Assembly: GCA_037310415.1 (NCBI GenBank)
Contig: CP147780.1
Location: 2,208,001 to 2,272,000, forward strand
Direction of reading: 5' to 3'
Length of the DNA: 64,000 bases
Origin: Candidatus Atabeyarchaeum deiterrae
GTDB lineage: Archaea; Asgardarchaeota; Atabeyarchaeia; Atabeyarchaeales; Atabeyarchaeaceae
Part shown: positions 39,152 to 50,326 of the stretch, one piece after another
Layout of the letters: each line of letters starts with the position of its first letter
Numbering within the stretch: the stretch's first letter is position 1
Program-made: the position numbers and the translations under genes
Notes under the pieces: generated by a model
Database searches by the model: none
Seen by the model: the letters and a program-made list of their open reading frames with translations, nothing else
What the model was told of the DNA's origin: nothing

Positions 39152-39655
39152 GTGAAATGGAACAAGAAAAGTCAAACTTGGCACTCGGTTCTTAAGCCGC
39201 CAAAGAAAATTCGGAAAGAGGTGTTTACGTGCCCCAAGTGCGGCAAGGATGTGAGGGGGAAATCTTGGTCTAAGGGTGGGGACATCTCATTAGAGGAGTG
39301 GCAGAATCTCTCCGTCAAGAAACTGCTAGACAAATATACCATGCGCTGCTCATCCTGTTTTGAGGAAACTCCATACTCCAAATTTCCTGACAAAGCAAGA
39401 AAATTCTTCGAACTGGAAATAACAAAATTGCGAGGAGTTCATTCCGACATAGCCAATGCTGTAGTTTTCAATAGAACGGGGCGGAATATTGAGGGTGGGG
39501 GTTTATCATTTAAGTTGGGGATTTCATCGGGATTGAAAGGAATTGAAATTATTTGTGGCAACTGTGGAAAGAAAAATCATTTTAAAGTGCAAAATGAGAA
39601 GGATAAGTTACTGCAATGTCTGAATTGTGGTCACTTCAACAAAGTCATTTTCTGA
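39152..39655 (+). CDS. Multi-zinc-ribbon protein
   Basis: Four CxxC pairs (CPKC, CSSC, CGNC, CLNC). Confidence 0.65.
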   Translation: MKWNKKSQTWHSVLKPPKKIRKEVFTCPKCGKDVRGKSWSKGGDISLEEWQNLSVKKLLDKYTMRCSSCFEETPYSKFPDKARKFFELEITKLRGVHSDIANAVVFNRTGRNIEGGGLSFKLGISSGLKGIEIICGNCGKKNHFKVQNEKDKLLQCLNCGHFNKVIF

Positions 39656-39953
39656 TTAGACGATTCCTTGGGATGGAAAGGTTGAGTGCGCACTAGATCA
39701 CGAATGTCCGACAGCATTCCTCCAAGGAAGGGAATTATTGGGCAAGCATCTTTATGATAGGCAGGCGTGCAACAGGTGTCTGGCTTGTTTCAGTAACCCC
39801 TAAGGCTTGTCCAGCCGTATGGGCGCCTTGATCTGGTAGAGGGTCTGAAATAGTAATATTGCGAATTTAAAGTAAGGTAAGTATATTAGCATCATAAGTG
39901 AGAACGTTCAGCAATTGTAATTGATTTGGGAGAGAACAAAGGAGGAGCAACAA

Positions 39954-40583
39954 ATGAGCTTTCTTGATAGATTAAAGTGGCCACTGAGCAGCATTTCGGG
40001 CATCTTGGTCATATTGTTCTACTGCATCTTCACACTCATATCAGCCGTAATGTATGTTGGACCGTGGAATCCCTGGCCCTACTTAAGTGATTTTGGAAAC
40101 ACTACGGCGCAGTTCAATCCAAACGGCGCAATCTTCTACAACCTAGCCTGCATCCTAACAGGAATAGTGTTGTTTCCATTCTACATAGGCTTATACAAGT
40201 GGTACTCCAAGGAGACGTGGAGAAAGATTCTGATAATTATCACCCAGATAGTCGGCATGATGTCGGCATTCTCTCTGATTATGATCGGAGTCTTTTATGA
40301 GAATTCGCTCCTGGTTGGCGCTCACGGTACCTGGTCGTATATCTTCTTCATGCTGAATCTCTTGGTCTTGATCTTCGCGAACATCTCGCTCATAACCCAT
40401 CCGAAATTCATCAAACTCATTGCCATCTATGGTATCGTTGTTGCCATTATCAATCTCGCATTCGTCATAATCGGCACTAGTTCGGTAATTGAATGGTTCA
40501 CGGTGTTCACTGCTTTGGGCTACGCTGGGTTGCTAGTAATCAACATGGTGAAAGCGTTCCCTCAGAGAAAGAAAAAGCGGTAA
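39954..40583 (+). CDS. DUF998-like membrane protein (paralog 1)
   Basis: YLSDFG..NPNGAIFYN, MIGVF.E, H; about 5 TM; GGAGG SD before ATG 39954. Confidence 0.75.
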   Translation: MSFLDRLKWPLSSISGILVILFYCIFTLISAVMYVGPWNPWPYLSDFGNTTAQFNPNGAIFYNLACILTGIVLFPFYIGLYKWYSKETWRKILIIITQIVGMMSAFSLIMIGVFYENSLLVGAHGTWSYIFFMLNLLVLIFANISLITHPKFIKLIAIYGIVVAIINLAFVIIGTSSVIEWFTVFTALGYAGLLVINMVKAFPQRKKKR

Positions 40584-40779
40584 GAAGCAGAAGGTAATTT
40601 CGCTTGGTAACGCCAGCGGAATACTCTTCCATCCTTTTTTTGGAATGGACTTAACGGTAGAACTTGGAACCCTGCTGGTTCTTATCCGAGTAATATCCAA
40701 TCATTTATTGAAGAAATGCCTAATTAGGAATGAAAGCGTGGACCTCTATTAATCTGCGCGTCAAAGGATGGAATGAAAC

Positions 40780-41397
40780 ATGAAATGGAACCCATCGAAG
40801 TGGCCAATTCTATCCATTAGTGGAGTTTCAGTCATAGTTCTATATTGCGTCTTCACTTTCACATCGTACGCACTGTATCCGAGTCCGTTTAGTCCGCTCA
40901 CCAACTATCTTAGCCGACTGGGAGACTATCCCTACAACCCAAGTGGCGCCGTCTTCTACAATTTAGGCTGCATCCTTACCGGACTCGCTCTTTTTCCATT
41001 CTACTTAGGCCTATTCAAATGGTACACCAAGGAGACGTGGAGAAAGGAACTAATCATTGCCGCACAAGTGATTGGCATGTGTTCAGCTTTCGCATTGATG
41101 ATGATCGGAGTATTCTCAGAGGACACTGGGAAACCGCATCTATTCTGGTCGGGCGCCTTCTTCACTCTGAACTTCATTGTGTTGATACTGGTAAACACTG
41201 CCCTCATTACTCGTCCCAAGTTCATGAAGGCTATTGGTTTGTACGGCTACACAGTGACAATATTGAGTCTGGTTCTCAGTCTTTTGTCCGATTCGATTGT
41301 TAGTGGTTCAATTGTAGAATGGTTCACAGTTTTCAGTGCTCTTGGCTTCGTCGGCTTGCTCGTATATAACACCTTCAAGCTTGGCCACATTAAGTGA
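40780..41397 (+). CDS. DUF998-like membrane protein (paralog 2)
   Basis: NYLSRLG..NPSGAVFYN, MIGVFSED; clear paralog of the upstream gene. Confidence 0.75.
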   Translation: MKWNPSKWPILSISGVSVIVLYCVFTFTSYALYPSPFSPLTNYLSRLGDYPYNPSGAVFYNLGCILTGLALFPFYLGLFKWYTKETWRKELIIAAQVIGMCSAFALMMIGVFSEDTGKPHLFWSGAFFTLNFIVLILVNTALITRPKFMKAIGLYGYTVTILSLVLSLLSDSIVSGSIVEWFTVFSALGFVGLLVYNTFKLGHIK

Positions 41398-41476
41398 AAT
41401 ACGAGTCGACATCGATGATCTTGCGGTCGAAATCCTAAATAACCTTCGTGCATAGCTGCTTCTTGGAGGGGTTGCA

Positions 41477-42181
41477 TTGTTCCCGCCTAATGTAGAGTGT
41501 GATCCAAAGTTCACGGATAGAGCCGAAATCTTCAAAGATCGCATGCATGCAGGTAGAATGCTGGCAGAAAGACTGGCCGACTTCAGTAAGAAGCAGCAAT
41601 CCATTGTTGTTGCGATACCTTCAGGTGGGGTTCCAGTTGGTTATGCTATTGCAATGCAACTTCAGATTCCACTGGATGTGATGTTGGTCAGAAAGATACC
41701 TGTCCCCTGGGAAACTGAAGCGGGTTTTGGATCCGTAACCTTTGACGGTTCGACATTTCTCAACGACTCGCTTGTCAAAAACTTGGGGCTATCCAATGTC
41801 CAAATAAGCGAAAGCATTGACAAAGCCAAGAAGGGACTCCAAGAAAGGACACAGAAATTCGCTGCGATAAAGAAAGAGGGATTGTTGACAAGCATCCGAG
41901 GTCGCGCTGTTATACTCGTTGATGACGGGTTAGCTTCTGGATACACAATGATCGCTTCTGTTGACTCAATTAAGAAGCGAGAGGCAAGGAAGGTCGTGGT
42001 TGCTGTTCCTACGGGTTCCATAGATGCAATCAATTTGGTCTCGCCTAAGGTCGACAAGCTGCTCTGTCTAAACGTAAGAAGCGGTTATCGTTATGCGGTA
42101 GCTGATGCGTACAAAGAATGGTACGACGTGCCAGAAGAGGAAGCTCTCAAACTTCTCAGGGCACTTCAGGCAAAAGAATAG
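41477..42181 (+). CDS. Phosphoribosyltransferase family protein
   Basis: FKDRMHAG, GGVPVG, VILVDDGLASGYT PRPP-binding loop. Confidence 0.9.
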   Translation: MFPPNVECDPKFTDRAEIFKDRMHAGRMLAERLADFSKKQQSIVVAIPSGGVPVGYAIAMQLQIPLDVMLVRKIPVPWETEAGFGSVTFDGSTFLNDSLVKNLGLSNVQISESIDKAKKGLQERTQKFAAIKKEGLLTSIRGRAVILVDDGLASGYTMIASVDSIKKREARKVVVAVPTGSIDAINLVSPKVDKLLCLNVRSGYRYAVADAYKEWYDVPEEEALKLLRALQAKE

Positions 42182-42324
42182 ATAATTCCTGATAATCGAA
42201 GACATGTTGGCATCCAAGTCCAGCAGGATCAAACGAATTAAGTTTAATTACGAAAATAGTACATACTGAAGGTACCAGACGTTCACATCAGTGTCGCTTA
42301 ACATGCGTCTAGAGGGGCTCGTGT

Positions 42325-44037
42325 ATGAGGAATCCCGAAGTTGCAAAAATCTTCTATGAGATTGCTCTTCTTCTGGAAATGGATAACGTTCAATTCAAGC
42401 CGAGAGCTTACGAGAAGGCGGCAAGGGCAATAGAGGCGCTGGAGGAAAGCGTGGAAGAGCTCTACGCTAAAGGCGGACAGAAGTCCCTCATGGATATTCC
42501 TGGTGTTGGGAAAAGCATTGCTGAGAAAATTGAGGAGCTCATTAAGACCGGTAAAATGCAATACTACGAAGACTTGTTGAAGAAGGTTCCCGTCGACCTA
42601 GAAAGTTTGTCAGGTGTAGAGGGTCTGGGCCCTAAGACGATCAAGACTCTTTACCAGCAACTTGGCATTAAGAACATTGACGACCTTGAGAGAGCCGCCC
42701 ACGAACACAAGATATCCAAGCTTCCTGGCTTCAAGGAGAAAACAGAGCAAAACATCCTGAAAGGAATAGAGTTCGCAAAGAAAAGCAAGGGCAGATATAT
42801 ACTCGGCTTTGTCCTGCCACAAGTTCGCGACATAGAGAACCGACTGAAATCTGTGCAAGGAGTCACCAAGGTTGTTGCCTCTGGCTCTGTCAGAAGATGG
42901 AAAGAAACGATAGGCGACGCTGATTTTCTGGTCATATCGAAGGATCACCCGAAAGTAATGGATTTCTTTGTTTCGATGCCTGAGGTAGTGGATGTCGTCA
43001 GCAAAGGAGACACGAAATCCACGGTTAGACTGAGGAATGGAATGCAAGCTGACATCAGAGTGTTGTCCGAAGAGAATTTCGGCGCAGCACTTCAGTACTT
43101 CACGGGTGGAAAAGATCACAACGTTGCTCTGAGGAGAATCGCCCAGGAGAAAGGAATGAAGCTAAGCGAGTACGGGTTGTTCAAGGGAGAACAGCAAATC
43201 GGCGGAAGGACTGAAGAGGATGTCTATGAGATACTCGGATTAAAGTGGATGCCACCCGAACTCAGAGAAAACACCGGTGAAATAGAAGCGGCCCTGAACA
43301 ACAAGCTGCCAAAACTGGTAGGCTACGAGGAAGTCATAGGCGATTTGCAGACACACACAACTTGGACTGACGGCGCCAACACAATCCAAGAGATGGCTGT
43401 GGAAGCGGATAGACTCGGCTTGGAATACATAGTGATATCGGACCATTCGAAAGGATTAGCCATGACTGGCGGACTCGACGAGAAGAAGTTGGTGCAGCAA
43501 GGTCAAGAAATAGACAAGGTTAACGACAAAGTCAAGGGGATCAGAGTTCTGAAAGGTGTCGAGCTGAACATCCAGAAAGATGGAACCTTGGACATCTCTG
43601 ACGAAGTCCTTGAAGGTTTGGATGTTGTCGGTGCAGCAGTGCATTCTAATCTCAACATGGAAAAGGATGAGATGACTAAGAGAGTTCTGAAGGCGATGGA
43701 AAACCCAAATGTTGATATTATATGCCACCCTACTGAGCGGCAGATTCAGAAGAGGGAGGCTGTCCAGCTCGATATCGAGCGCGTTATTGAGGTGGCGAAA
43801 GACACAGGAACTATTCTCGATATAGACTCTTACCCGGACAGACTTGATCTGAAAGATGAGTACATTAGGAAGGCAGTGAAAGTGGGAACAAAGCTTGGCA
43901 TAAGTTCAGACTCACATAGCAAGATCCACTTGCACTATCTTGAGCTGGGTATTGCTCAAGCTAGGAGAGGGTGGGCAACAGCAAAAGACATCGTCAACTC
44001 CAGAGAAGTAGACGGATTCTTGAGGTTGTTAAAGTAA
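42325..44037 (+). CDS. polX: DNA polymerase X family with C-terminal PHP domain
   Basis: HhH GVGKSIA, GSVRRWKETIGDAD, YFTGGKDHN, DLQTHTTWTDG, SDSH. Confidence 0.94.
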   Translation: MRNPEVAKIFYEIALLLEMDNVQFKPRAYEKAARAIEALEESVEELYAKGGQKSLMDIPGVGKSIAEKIEELIKTGKMQYYEDLLKKVPVDLESLSGVEGLGPKTIKTLYQQLGIKNIDDLERAAHEHKISKLPGFKEKTEQNILKGIEFAKKSKGRYILGFVLPQVRDIENRLKSVQGVTKVVASGSVRRWKETIGDADFLVISKDHPKVMDFFVSMPEVVDVVSKGDTKSTVRLRNGMQADIRVLSEENFGAALQYFTGGKDHNVALRRIAQEKGMKLSEYGLFKGEQQIGGRTEEDVYEILGLKWMPPELRENTGEIEAALNNKLPKLVGYEEVIGDLQTHTTWTDGANTIQEMAVEADRLGLEYIVISDHSKGLAMTGGLDEKKLVQQGQEIDKVNDKVKGIRVLKGVELNIQKDGTLDISDEVLEGLDVVGAAVHSNLNMEKDEMTKRVLKAMENPNVDIICHPTERQIQKREAVQLDIERVIEVAKDTGTILDIDSYPDRLDLKDEYIRKAVKVGTKLGISSDSHSKIHLHYLELGIAQARRGWATAKDIVNSREVDGFLRLLK

Positions 44038-44133
44038 TCTCTAATTTGGGTTCTTCCTGATTGTAACTGAGAAATATAGATTATTGCGAACCATTCAACT
44101 TGACACTGACGATAGACGACTGCAACATCGCTG

Positions 44134-44330
44134 TCAGTCTATTTTCGGCGGTTCTCCCTTCGATTTGTCTTTCTCCTTTTTTGCCAATTTGACTTCCAGG
44201 AGGCCATTTTTGTAGGACGACATTGCCTTCTGTGGGTCGACCTTCGCAGGTGACTCAAGCTCTTTGTACTTGCGTTGAGCTGCGTCGACGGAGATGGTCA
44301 GCGAATCTTCTGTGGCTGTGAGCTTCAGAA
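44134..44330 (-). pseudogene. N-terminally truncated Hsp20 (small heat-shock protein) remnant
   Basis: KLTATEDSLTISVD...PAKVDP..SSYKNGLLEVKL is the C-terminal half of an alpha-crystallin domain; no N-terminal half upstream. Confidence 0.65.
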
Positions 44331-44460
44331 ATCCTGCATAGGACCGGTTTGTTAACACTTCTTAACGCCAACGACATCAAGAGACTAGTGGAGGGAAGGA
44401 GTGAGTCTGCCAAGTGCGAAGTGTTTATAATGTAAGTTCCTCAATTCAGAAGTTGAGGGG

Positions 44461-45906
44461 ATGGATCAAATGAAGGAATATGATTTAATAGTTATAGGTT
44501 CAGGTTCAGCAATGGCGATCGCCGATGCTGCAGCGCAGCAAGATCCAACCACGAAGATCGCGGTCATAGACAAGGACGACCCTGGCGGCATTTGTTTAAC
44601 AAGGGGCTGCATACCATCAAAGCTCTTACTGTACCCTGCTGAGCTAGTGAGAATAATAGAAAGAGCTGGTGAACTCGGCGTCCAAGCTGAGATAAGGAAA
44701 GTAGATTTTCAGAAAGTCATGGAGCGAATGAGAACTCATATTGGGAGTGAAATCGAAGGCATACGTGGCGCTTTAGCAGATTCAAGGAACGCTGACTACT
44801 ATCCAGTTGCAGGCGAATTCACATCGCCATACACATTGAAGGTTGGCAACGAAACCATAACAGCAAAGATGATAATACTCTGCACTGGATCGAAGCCCGT
44901 AATACCCCCCATCAAAGGGCTCGACAAAGTGGGCTATCAAAACAGCGACACTCTACTTAAGATGAGTAAGTTACCTGAGAGTATTGCAGTCATCGGCGGA
45001 GGGTTTATTGCAGCCGAGTACGGTCACTTTTTCTCAGCGATGGGCTCAAAAGTCACAGTAATTGGAAGAAGCCCGAAATTCCTTCCTGAAGAGGAACCTG
45101 AAGTAGGTGCATTGGCGAAAAGAGAATTCCAGAAGCATATGAAGATCTTCACCAACCATGAAGTGAGCGAAGTGGACAAGGGAGCTGGGGGAAAGAAGAA
45201 ACTGATTGCTATCGACCGAGATACTGGGAAGAAGATTGAGATACTGGCTGAGGAGATACTCGTTGCGGCAGGGAGAGGTTCAAACTCAGATATTCTTCAC
45301 CCCGAGAAAGCAGGAATAAAGACAGACAAGAATGGGTGGATAGAAGTCAACGAGTATCTTGAAACTTCCCAGCCAAACATATGGGCGCTGGGCGATGCAG
45401 ATGGCAGATATCCATTCAAGCATAAGGCGAACTACGAGGCCTCGATTGTATTTTACAACGCCGTGCTAAAGAACAAAGTTAAAGTTGACTATCATGCGAT
45501 TCCCCACGCCGTTTTTACTTACCCTGAGATTGCCAGCGTCGGACTGAGAGAGGAAGAAGCCATTGAGAAATACGGCAAAGATAAGGTCCTGATTGGACTA
45601 CACAGGTACGAGGACACCGCCAAGGGTGAAGCCATGGGAGTCAAAGACTACTTTGTGAAGGTCATCGTTGAAGCAGAAACAATGAAGATCTTGGGCGCGC
45701 ACATCATCGGACCCAGCGCCTCGATTCTCATCCAAGAATTAATAACCTTGATGTACACCCCGCAGCAAGACTCGAGTCCCATAGTTCAGGGAATGCACAT
45801 CCATCCTGCTCTAACTGAGGTTGTAGAAAGGGCATTCAGACCTCTTATGTCACCAGATGAATATCATCATATGATGGAAGAGCACTACAAACTCCCTACC
45901 AAGTAG
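44461..45906 (+). CDS. Dihydrolipoyl dehydrogenase-like pyridine nucleotide-disulfide oxidoreductase
   Basis: GSGS FAD motif, GGICLTRGCIPSK, GGGFIAAE, IHPALTE. Confidence 0.9.
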   Translation: MDQMKEYDLIVIGSGSAMAIADAAAQQDPTTKIAVIDKDDPGGICLTRGCIPSKLLLYPAELVRIIERAGELGVQAEIRKVDFQKVMERMRTHIGSEIEGIRGALADSRNADYYPVAGEFTSPYTLKVGNETITAKMIILCTGSKPVIPPIKGLDKVGYQNSDTLLKMSKLPESIAVIGGGFIAAEYGHFFSAMGSKVTVIGRSPKFLPEEEPEVGALAKREFQKHMKIFTNHEVSEVDKGAGGKKKLIAIDRDTGKKIEILAEEILVAAGRGSNSDILHPEKAGIKTDKNGWIEVNEYLETSQPNIWALGDADGRYPFKHKANYEASIVFYNAVLKNKVKVDYHAIPHAVFTYPEIASVGLREEEAIEKYGKDKVLIGLHRYEDTAKGEAMGVKDYFVKVIVEAETMKILGAHIIGPSASILIQELITLMYTPQQDSSPIVQGMHIHPALTEVVERAFRPLMSPDEYHHMMEEHYKLPTK

Positions 45907-46074
45907 AATTAAAGAACTACCAGCAAAGTCAAGTATCACGGCTGGCGTGGGATCGCCAGAACCCAACCCTTCTTCAACATCAAGAGACCCGTCGCTGCGG
46001 GATTCATTGTTGACTAATCTCGAGTCATATTTATATGGAAAAATCGCAAGAAGTTGGAAACGGAGGAATACTAG

Positions 46075-46335
46075 TTGGTACAGTCAGCAGACAAAACTAA
46101 GACGGACAAGATGAGATCCATGTGCATCTGTGGCGGATGCCCAAGCTACAAAGGAACCGGCGAGACTGCCCTGCTTTTCTGCTTGGTCGACAAGAGCACG
46201 AAAATAAAGAAAGAAAAAGGTTGCATTTGCGGTGGATGCCCAGTAACTAAGGAGATGAATCTCACTCACACCTATTACTGCACTAGAGGAACAGAAAAGG
46301 AACAGATGAGCAAACCGGTAGGCAAGAAGATGTAA
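46075..46335 (+). CDS. DUF2769-like Cys-rich small protein
   Basis: CICGGCPSY...LFC...GCICGGCPV...YYC. Confidence 0.75.
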   Translation: MVQSADKTKTDKMRSMCICGGCPSYKGTGETALLFCLVDKSTKIKKEKGCICGGCPVTKEMNLTHTYYCTRGTEKEQMSKPVGKKM

Positions 46336-46433
46336 CGGCTTGGTAGGACACGTACTGCCAACCTGCCAAAATTGAACTCAGCAGATGTTCCACCCACACA
46401 CCCTTTTTTATTAGGTACATGTTTGAGAGGACC

Positions 46434-46682
46434 TCATTCTTTTTGCCATGGATAGTTTGAGAACTCAATTGCTACCATTGTCTTTCGCCCCGCGAAGTCT
46501 TCCAGTTTACAATCCCGCGAGAACACGACGAAACCGTCGAATGAGAAAAAGAACGTGTCGCCAACTCTGTATATTATCTTTGGTTGCGCTATTCTCACAA
46601 GCTCTAAGAAGTCTGTCCGTTCAAACTTGACGCGATAGGCGCTTCCTGCATTGACCTCCGTTTCTGCCATCCTCATCGTCAC
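46434..46682 (-). CDS. Small hypothetical protein
   Basis: 82-aa ORF, GAGGTG SD, natural-looking sequence. Confidence 0.6.
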   Translation of the reverse strand: MTMRMAETEVNAGSAYRVKFERTDFLELVRIAQPKIIYRVGDTFFFSFDGFVVFSRDCKLEDFAGRKTMVAIEFSNYPWQKE

Positions 46683-47030
46683 CTCTTGTCTTCTCTAAAT
46701 CGATAAATCTATTAGAACCATTCTTAAGCTTTGGCATTCTCGGCTTCACTTTCAAATGTCGCCTAATGTCACGAAGGTCACGTAAGGCGAGGCAGCAGAA
46801 CGCGGTAAGATGGTGCTGAGCAGACCTAACTGATCCTTTCCAGCATCATAAACTGAGTCGGCACAGATTGTTGATGATAACTTATCTTCACCTTAAGGAA
46901 ATAGGAACTGAGAAGCACCAATAGTCTGCACGCAACTCCAGACAAGACAACATACGAGGGTACCATTCTAGTCTTAACAACAAAAAAGGAGGAAATTATA
47001 GACCAGCGCAATAACGCTGGATCTATTCCT

Positions 47031-48626
47031 CTATATAGTTGCAACCGGTTTCCTGCGCTTCACCAATAATACTGCTACCGCTGCAACTCCTACTCCAACT
47101 CCTGCGCCAAGCACTATCAACAGCAACGTGGGTGATCCTTCAGACGGTGAGAAGGACGTCACTGCGAAGTATGGGTCGTGTACTATGCTGTAGCCTGACC
47201 ACTTGGAGAAACATGCTTCATAGAAGTACATGAGTCTGCCAAATGTAAACCCAGTGACCGAGTAGTTGCCCACTGTTGCGAACTGTTCAAGGAAGAAGAA
47301 CCATGGGATCACGTTGGAGTTTGCGGTGTAGTTGTTGTTATCCCAGCCCCATGTGTAGTTGTTTCCGCCGATCTGGATTTTACCAGTCGTCGTTCCATCC
47401 GCTGCAATTCCAAGATCCTTTGTCGACGTTGAATTTGACTCTGTGTTCATGCCTGATCCATTGTCTGCTGTCATGTTCATAGTATAGTGGCGGTGCATTC
47501 CCACATAGTCAACGAACGAGAAGTAAGCTATTGCCAATGACAGACCGTTCACAGCAGGTGTGCCTGCTGCCCCGAACTGGCCGATGTGTTCGTCAACCTT
47601 CACTCCCGCTTCGTTTCCTATTCGCGTGAAGTGGAATGCAAATGTGACATCAGTGATGTTTGTATTGACGTTGGGTATTGTGGACCTGACGCCTACCAGT
47701 GTACCGTTCATGGTTGTCCCCATGTCCCAGTTTACAGAGTTAGTGACCGGATCGTACGTGGGTAGAGTTCGATGTTCATTACTGAACGAAGAAGCCTTAA
47801 AGACGTATTTGGCCTCGGAAGACAAGACAGCCGGGCTTCCCATTGCGGTCCCGAGCTTGATGTCCATCACTCCATTTGTTGGGTTGGTGTCATTGTATGC
47901 AACGAATCCTAGTAACCTGTGCCTCAATTGCATCACAGCAGCGTCAAAGCCTGCGTCAATTCTCGCGAGCTTTGGAAGGAAGTCTTCGTCAATCATGTAT
48001 GTGAAGTAGGCGTATTTCGTAAGCGGTGCGGAATTTGTGGCATTCGTCATCAAAGACAGTCCCCATTCAAGATAGCGCCTAAGATCGCCTATTGGCAAAA
48101 GCGATATGGCTGAGGAAATCGCAGCATTCAAGCCTGTGAGTTCAGTTCCGTCAAGCCAGTGCCCACTTGGTCCGAGTCTGAGCCAGAAATGGTTCAGGGC
48201 TTGTTGCCATTTGAAGGTACCGTTGATCAGTAGCCCCGTGGTCACAACCCTGACCTCGTCCCCACTTATTCTACCAGACGCCAAGGATTCATCAGGGTCC
48301 GAAAGTAATGTGACGCGATAGTATGAGACCTTGGAGGTCGTGTTCGCATCGTAGGTCGAGGTTGACAGGATTCCGTAGGTCAAACCACCGAAAGCGAAGA
48401 GTTCATATGACGATGATGCGCCGCTCGTTCGGTTTAGAAGTGATACTCCCGGAGGAATGTAGTCGACTCTGTACCAAAGACCAGTGGCAAGCTTTGTCAT
48501 GCCACCTAATGAGGGCGCGTTTTGGTCGACTAATGTTGTAGCTGATGCTGGTGGCAACATCGACACGCCTACCAAGACTACGCTGATGAGTGCCAGCGCG
48601 AGCAGTGTGTTTCTTTTTCTAGCCAA
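47031..48626 (-). CDS. Cell-surface protein with signal peptide and C-terminal TM anchor
   Basis: N-terminal signal, S/T/N-rich beta-rich body with many NxS/T sequons, IVHDP motif, TM plus KRRK tail. Confidence 0.8.
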   Translation of the reverse strand: MARKRNTLLALALISVVLVGVSMLPPASATTLVDQNAPSLGGMTKLATGLWYRVDYIPPGVSLLNRTSGASSSYELFAFGGLTYGILSTSTYDANTTSKVSYYRVTLLSDPDESLASGRISGDEVRVVTTGLLINGTFKWQQALNHFWLRLGPSGHWLDGTELTGLNAAISSAISLLPIGDLRRYLEWGLSLMTNATNSAPLTKYAYFTYMIDEDFLPKLARIDAGFDAAVMQLRHRLLGFVAYNDTNPTNGVMDIKLGTAMGSPAVLSSEAKYVFKASSFSNEHRTLPTYDPVTNSVNWDMGTTMNGTLVGVRSTIPNVNTNITDVTFAFHFTRIGNEAGVKVDEHIGQFGAAGTPAVNGLSLAIAYFSFVDYVGMHRHYTMNMTADNGSGMNTESNSTSTKDLGIAADGTTTGKIQIGGNNYTWGWDNNNYTANSNVIPWFFFLEQFATVGNYSVTGFTFGRLMYFYEACFSKWSGYSIVHDPYFAVTSFSPSEGSPTLLLIVLGAGVGVGVAAVAVLLVKRRKPVATI

Positions 48627-48992
48627 AGTGTTTTTTCTCCTAATTTGCTGTATTCTTGTTGCATTATCAATAGTAAGGTGGAAATAGATGTATGTTAAGG
48701 TGGAAACGGTTATGATGGATGCCTCCCGTTGCGAATCTTTTTTCGAGGCGGTTAAGAGACTGCTCGTCCGCTCGGCATCGCATTCGATATTCTGGGGATA
48801 GTTGGTGATGTTTCACCAAGACTCACATCGCCGAATTCAGATACATTGAGTTTAACCGGACACTGCTTGAGGATTGTAGATTCCTGGGGTGCATGCCGCG
48901 ACGAATTTTTGAACCGTTCATGACAAGATTTAAGGCGACATCAAATACCATGATCATTATCATGTCAGGACAAAAGGATAGTGTAACTCCCA

Positions 48993-50195
48993 ATGAGCTT
49001 GAAACCATCGAAAGTGTATTTTGGGTCCGTACAGTTTGGGAAGCCAGCGGATTTTGCATCATTCGGTGCGAAAGTCGACAAGATCATCGAACTTCTGGAT
49101 TTCTCGACGATCAAGAAGAATGATAAGGTGGCAATCAAGATGCACCTTGGCTTCAACCAAGGTTATCAGACAGTGCCAGTTTACTTTGTTCGCCAAATCG
49201 TGAAAGCAGTCAAGAAGACTGGTGGATGGCCATTCATCACTGACAATCCTACGGCAGTGTATAATGCTATGGAGCGCGGATACACCCAGGAGACCTGCGG
49301 GTGTCCTTTGATTCCAGTTTCAGGTGTGAAAGATGGCTACGTCTACAAGGCCGACGTGAAGTTCAGGAATGTTGAGAGTCTCGATATGGCTGGCGTTCTA
49401 CACGACGCCGATGCTCTGATCGACCTTACCCACGCAAAGGGTCATGGAGAATGCGGTTATGGCGGTGCATTCAAGAACCTTGCAATCGGTGGTTACTCTG
49501 CGATGTCGAGATGGCATAAGCTTCATGGTGTGACCGAGTCCAAGCCCTACTGGAACGAGAAAACCTGCACGCCAGACCATGCAAAGGAACTAGCCGAATC
49601 ATGCAGCTATGGAGCGCTGAAATATGATGAGAAGCAGCACAAACTATCATTGACTGTTCATGATTGTGTTCAGTGCATGGAGTGTATAGAAGCCGACAAG
49701 CAAGTTGGTTGCCTAGAGATAAAAGAAGAGAACGTCAAGGCCTTCCAAGAGCTAATGGCAATTGCAGCAAAACAGGTAATAGACAGATACGATAGGAACA
49801 AGATATTCTTCCTTAACTTCATACTTCAGGTGACGCCTTATTGCGACTGCATGGGCATGCCTCAGCCTTGTGTTGTTCCTGACATAGGCCTCGTGGGAAG
49901 TAGAGACATCGTTGCTGCTGATACAGCGACCCTGGATCTCATTGCCAAAGCTGGTCTAATCGAGAAAAACATACCTCCGTTCTTCAGGCATGCCAATTTG
50001 GATCCGAGTGTTAAGCTGCATCCTTTCCAGAGAATCCACGGGCCAATGAAGAATCCATATCTCATCACTGAATATGCCGAGAAACTTGGAATGGGCTCCA
50101 GGAAATATGAGCTTGTCGAAGTTCTTCCGCCAGAAGAGACGATTAGGATGAAACCGCCAGAGAGAGAGTACGAGCGCCAGCCGTCTTTCTTCTAG
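48993..50195 (+). CDS. DUF362-family Fe-S protein
   Basis: VAIKMHLG, THAKGH, GGAFKNLAIG, CVQCMEC, TPYCDC, DIVAAD. Confidence 0.85.
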   Translation: MSLKPSKVYFGSVQFGKPADFASFGAKVDKIIELLDFSTIKKNDKVAIKMHLGFNQGYQTVPVYFVRQIVKAVKKTGGWPFITDNPTAVYNAMERGYTQETCGCPLIPVSGVKDGYVYKADVKFRNVESLDMAGVLHDADALIDLTHAKGHGECGYGGAFKNLAIGGYSAMSRWHKLHGVTESKPYWNEKTCTPDHAKELAESCSYGALKYDEKQHKLSLTVHDCVQCMECIEADKQVGCLEIKEENVKAFQELMAIAAKQVIDRYDRNKIFFLNFILQVTPYCDCMGMPQPCVVPDIGLVGSRDIVAADTATLDLIAKAGLIEKNIPPFFRHANLDPSVKLHPFQRIHGPMKNPYLITEYAEKLGMGSRKYELVEVLPPEETIRMKPPEREYERQPSFF

Positions 50196-50326
50196 CTTGA
50201 TCGAACCCGCGCGCGTCTCGAGGCAACAGATTTTGCCGATCGAGACCAACTTGCACACACCCGAAGCAAAGCTTAAGAACTAATTACGTACTTCTTAATC
50301 GTTAGCTTCTTTGGGGAGAAAGAACC

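Noticed and set aside
44134-44460. Hsp20 fragment as another intron-split gene
   Set aside because: No N-terminal Hsp20 exon or BHB motif found upstream; simple truncation is more likely
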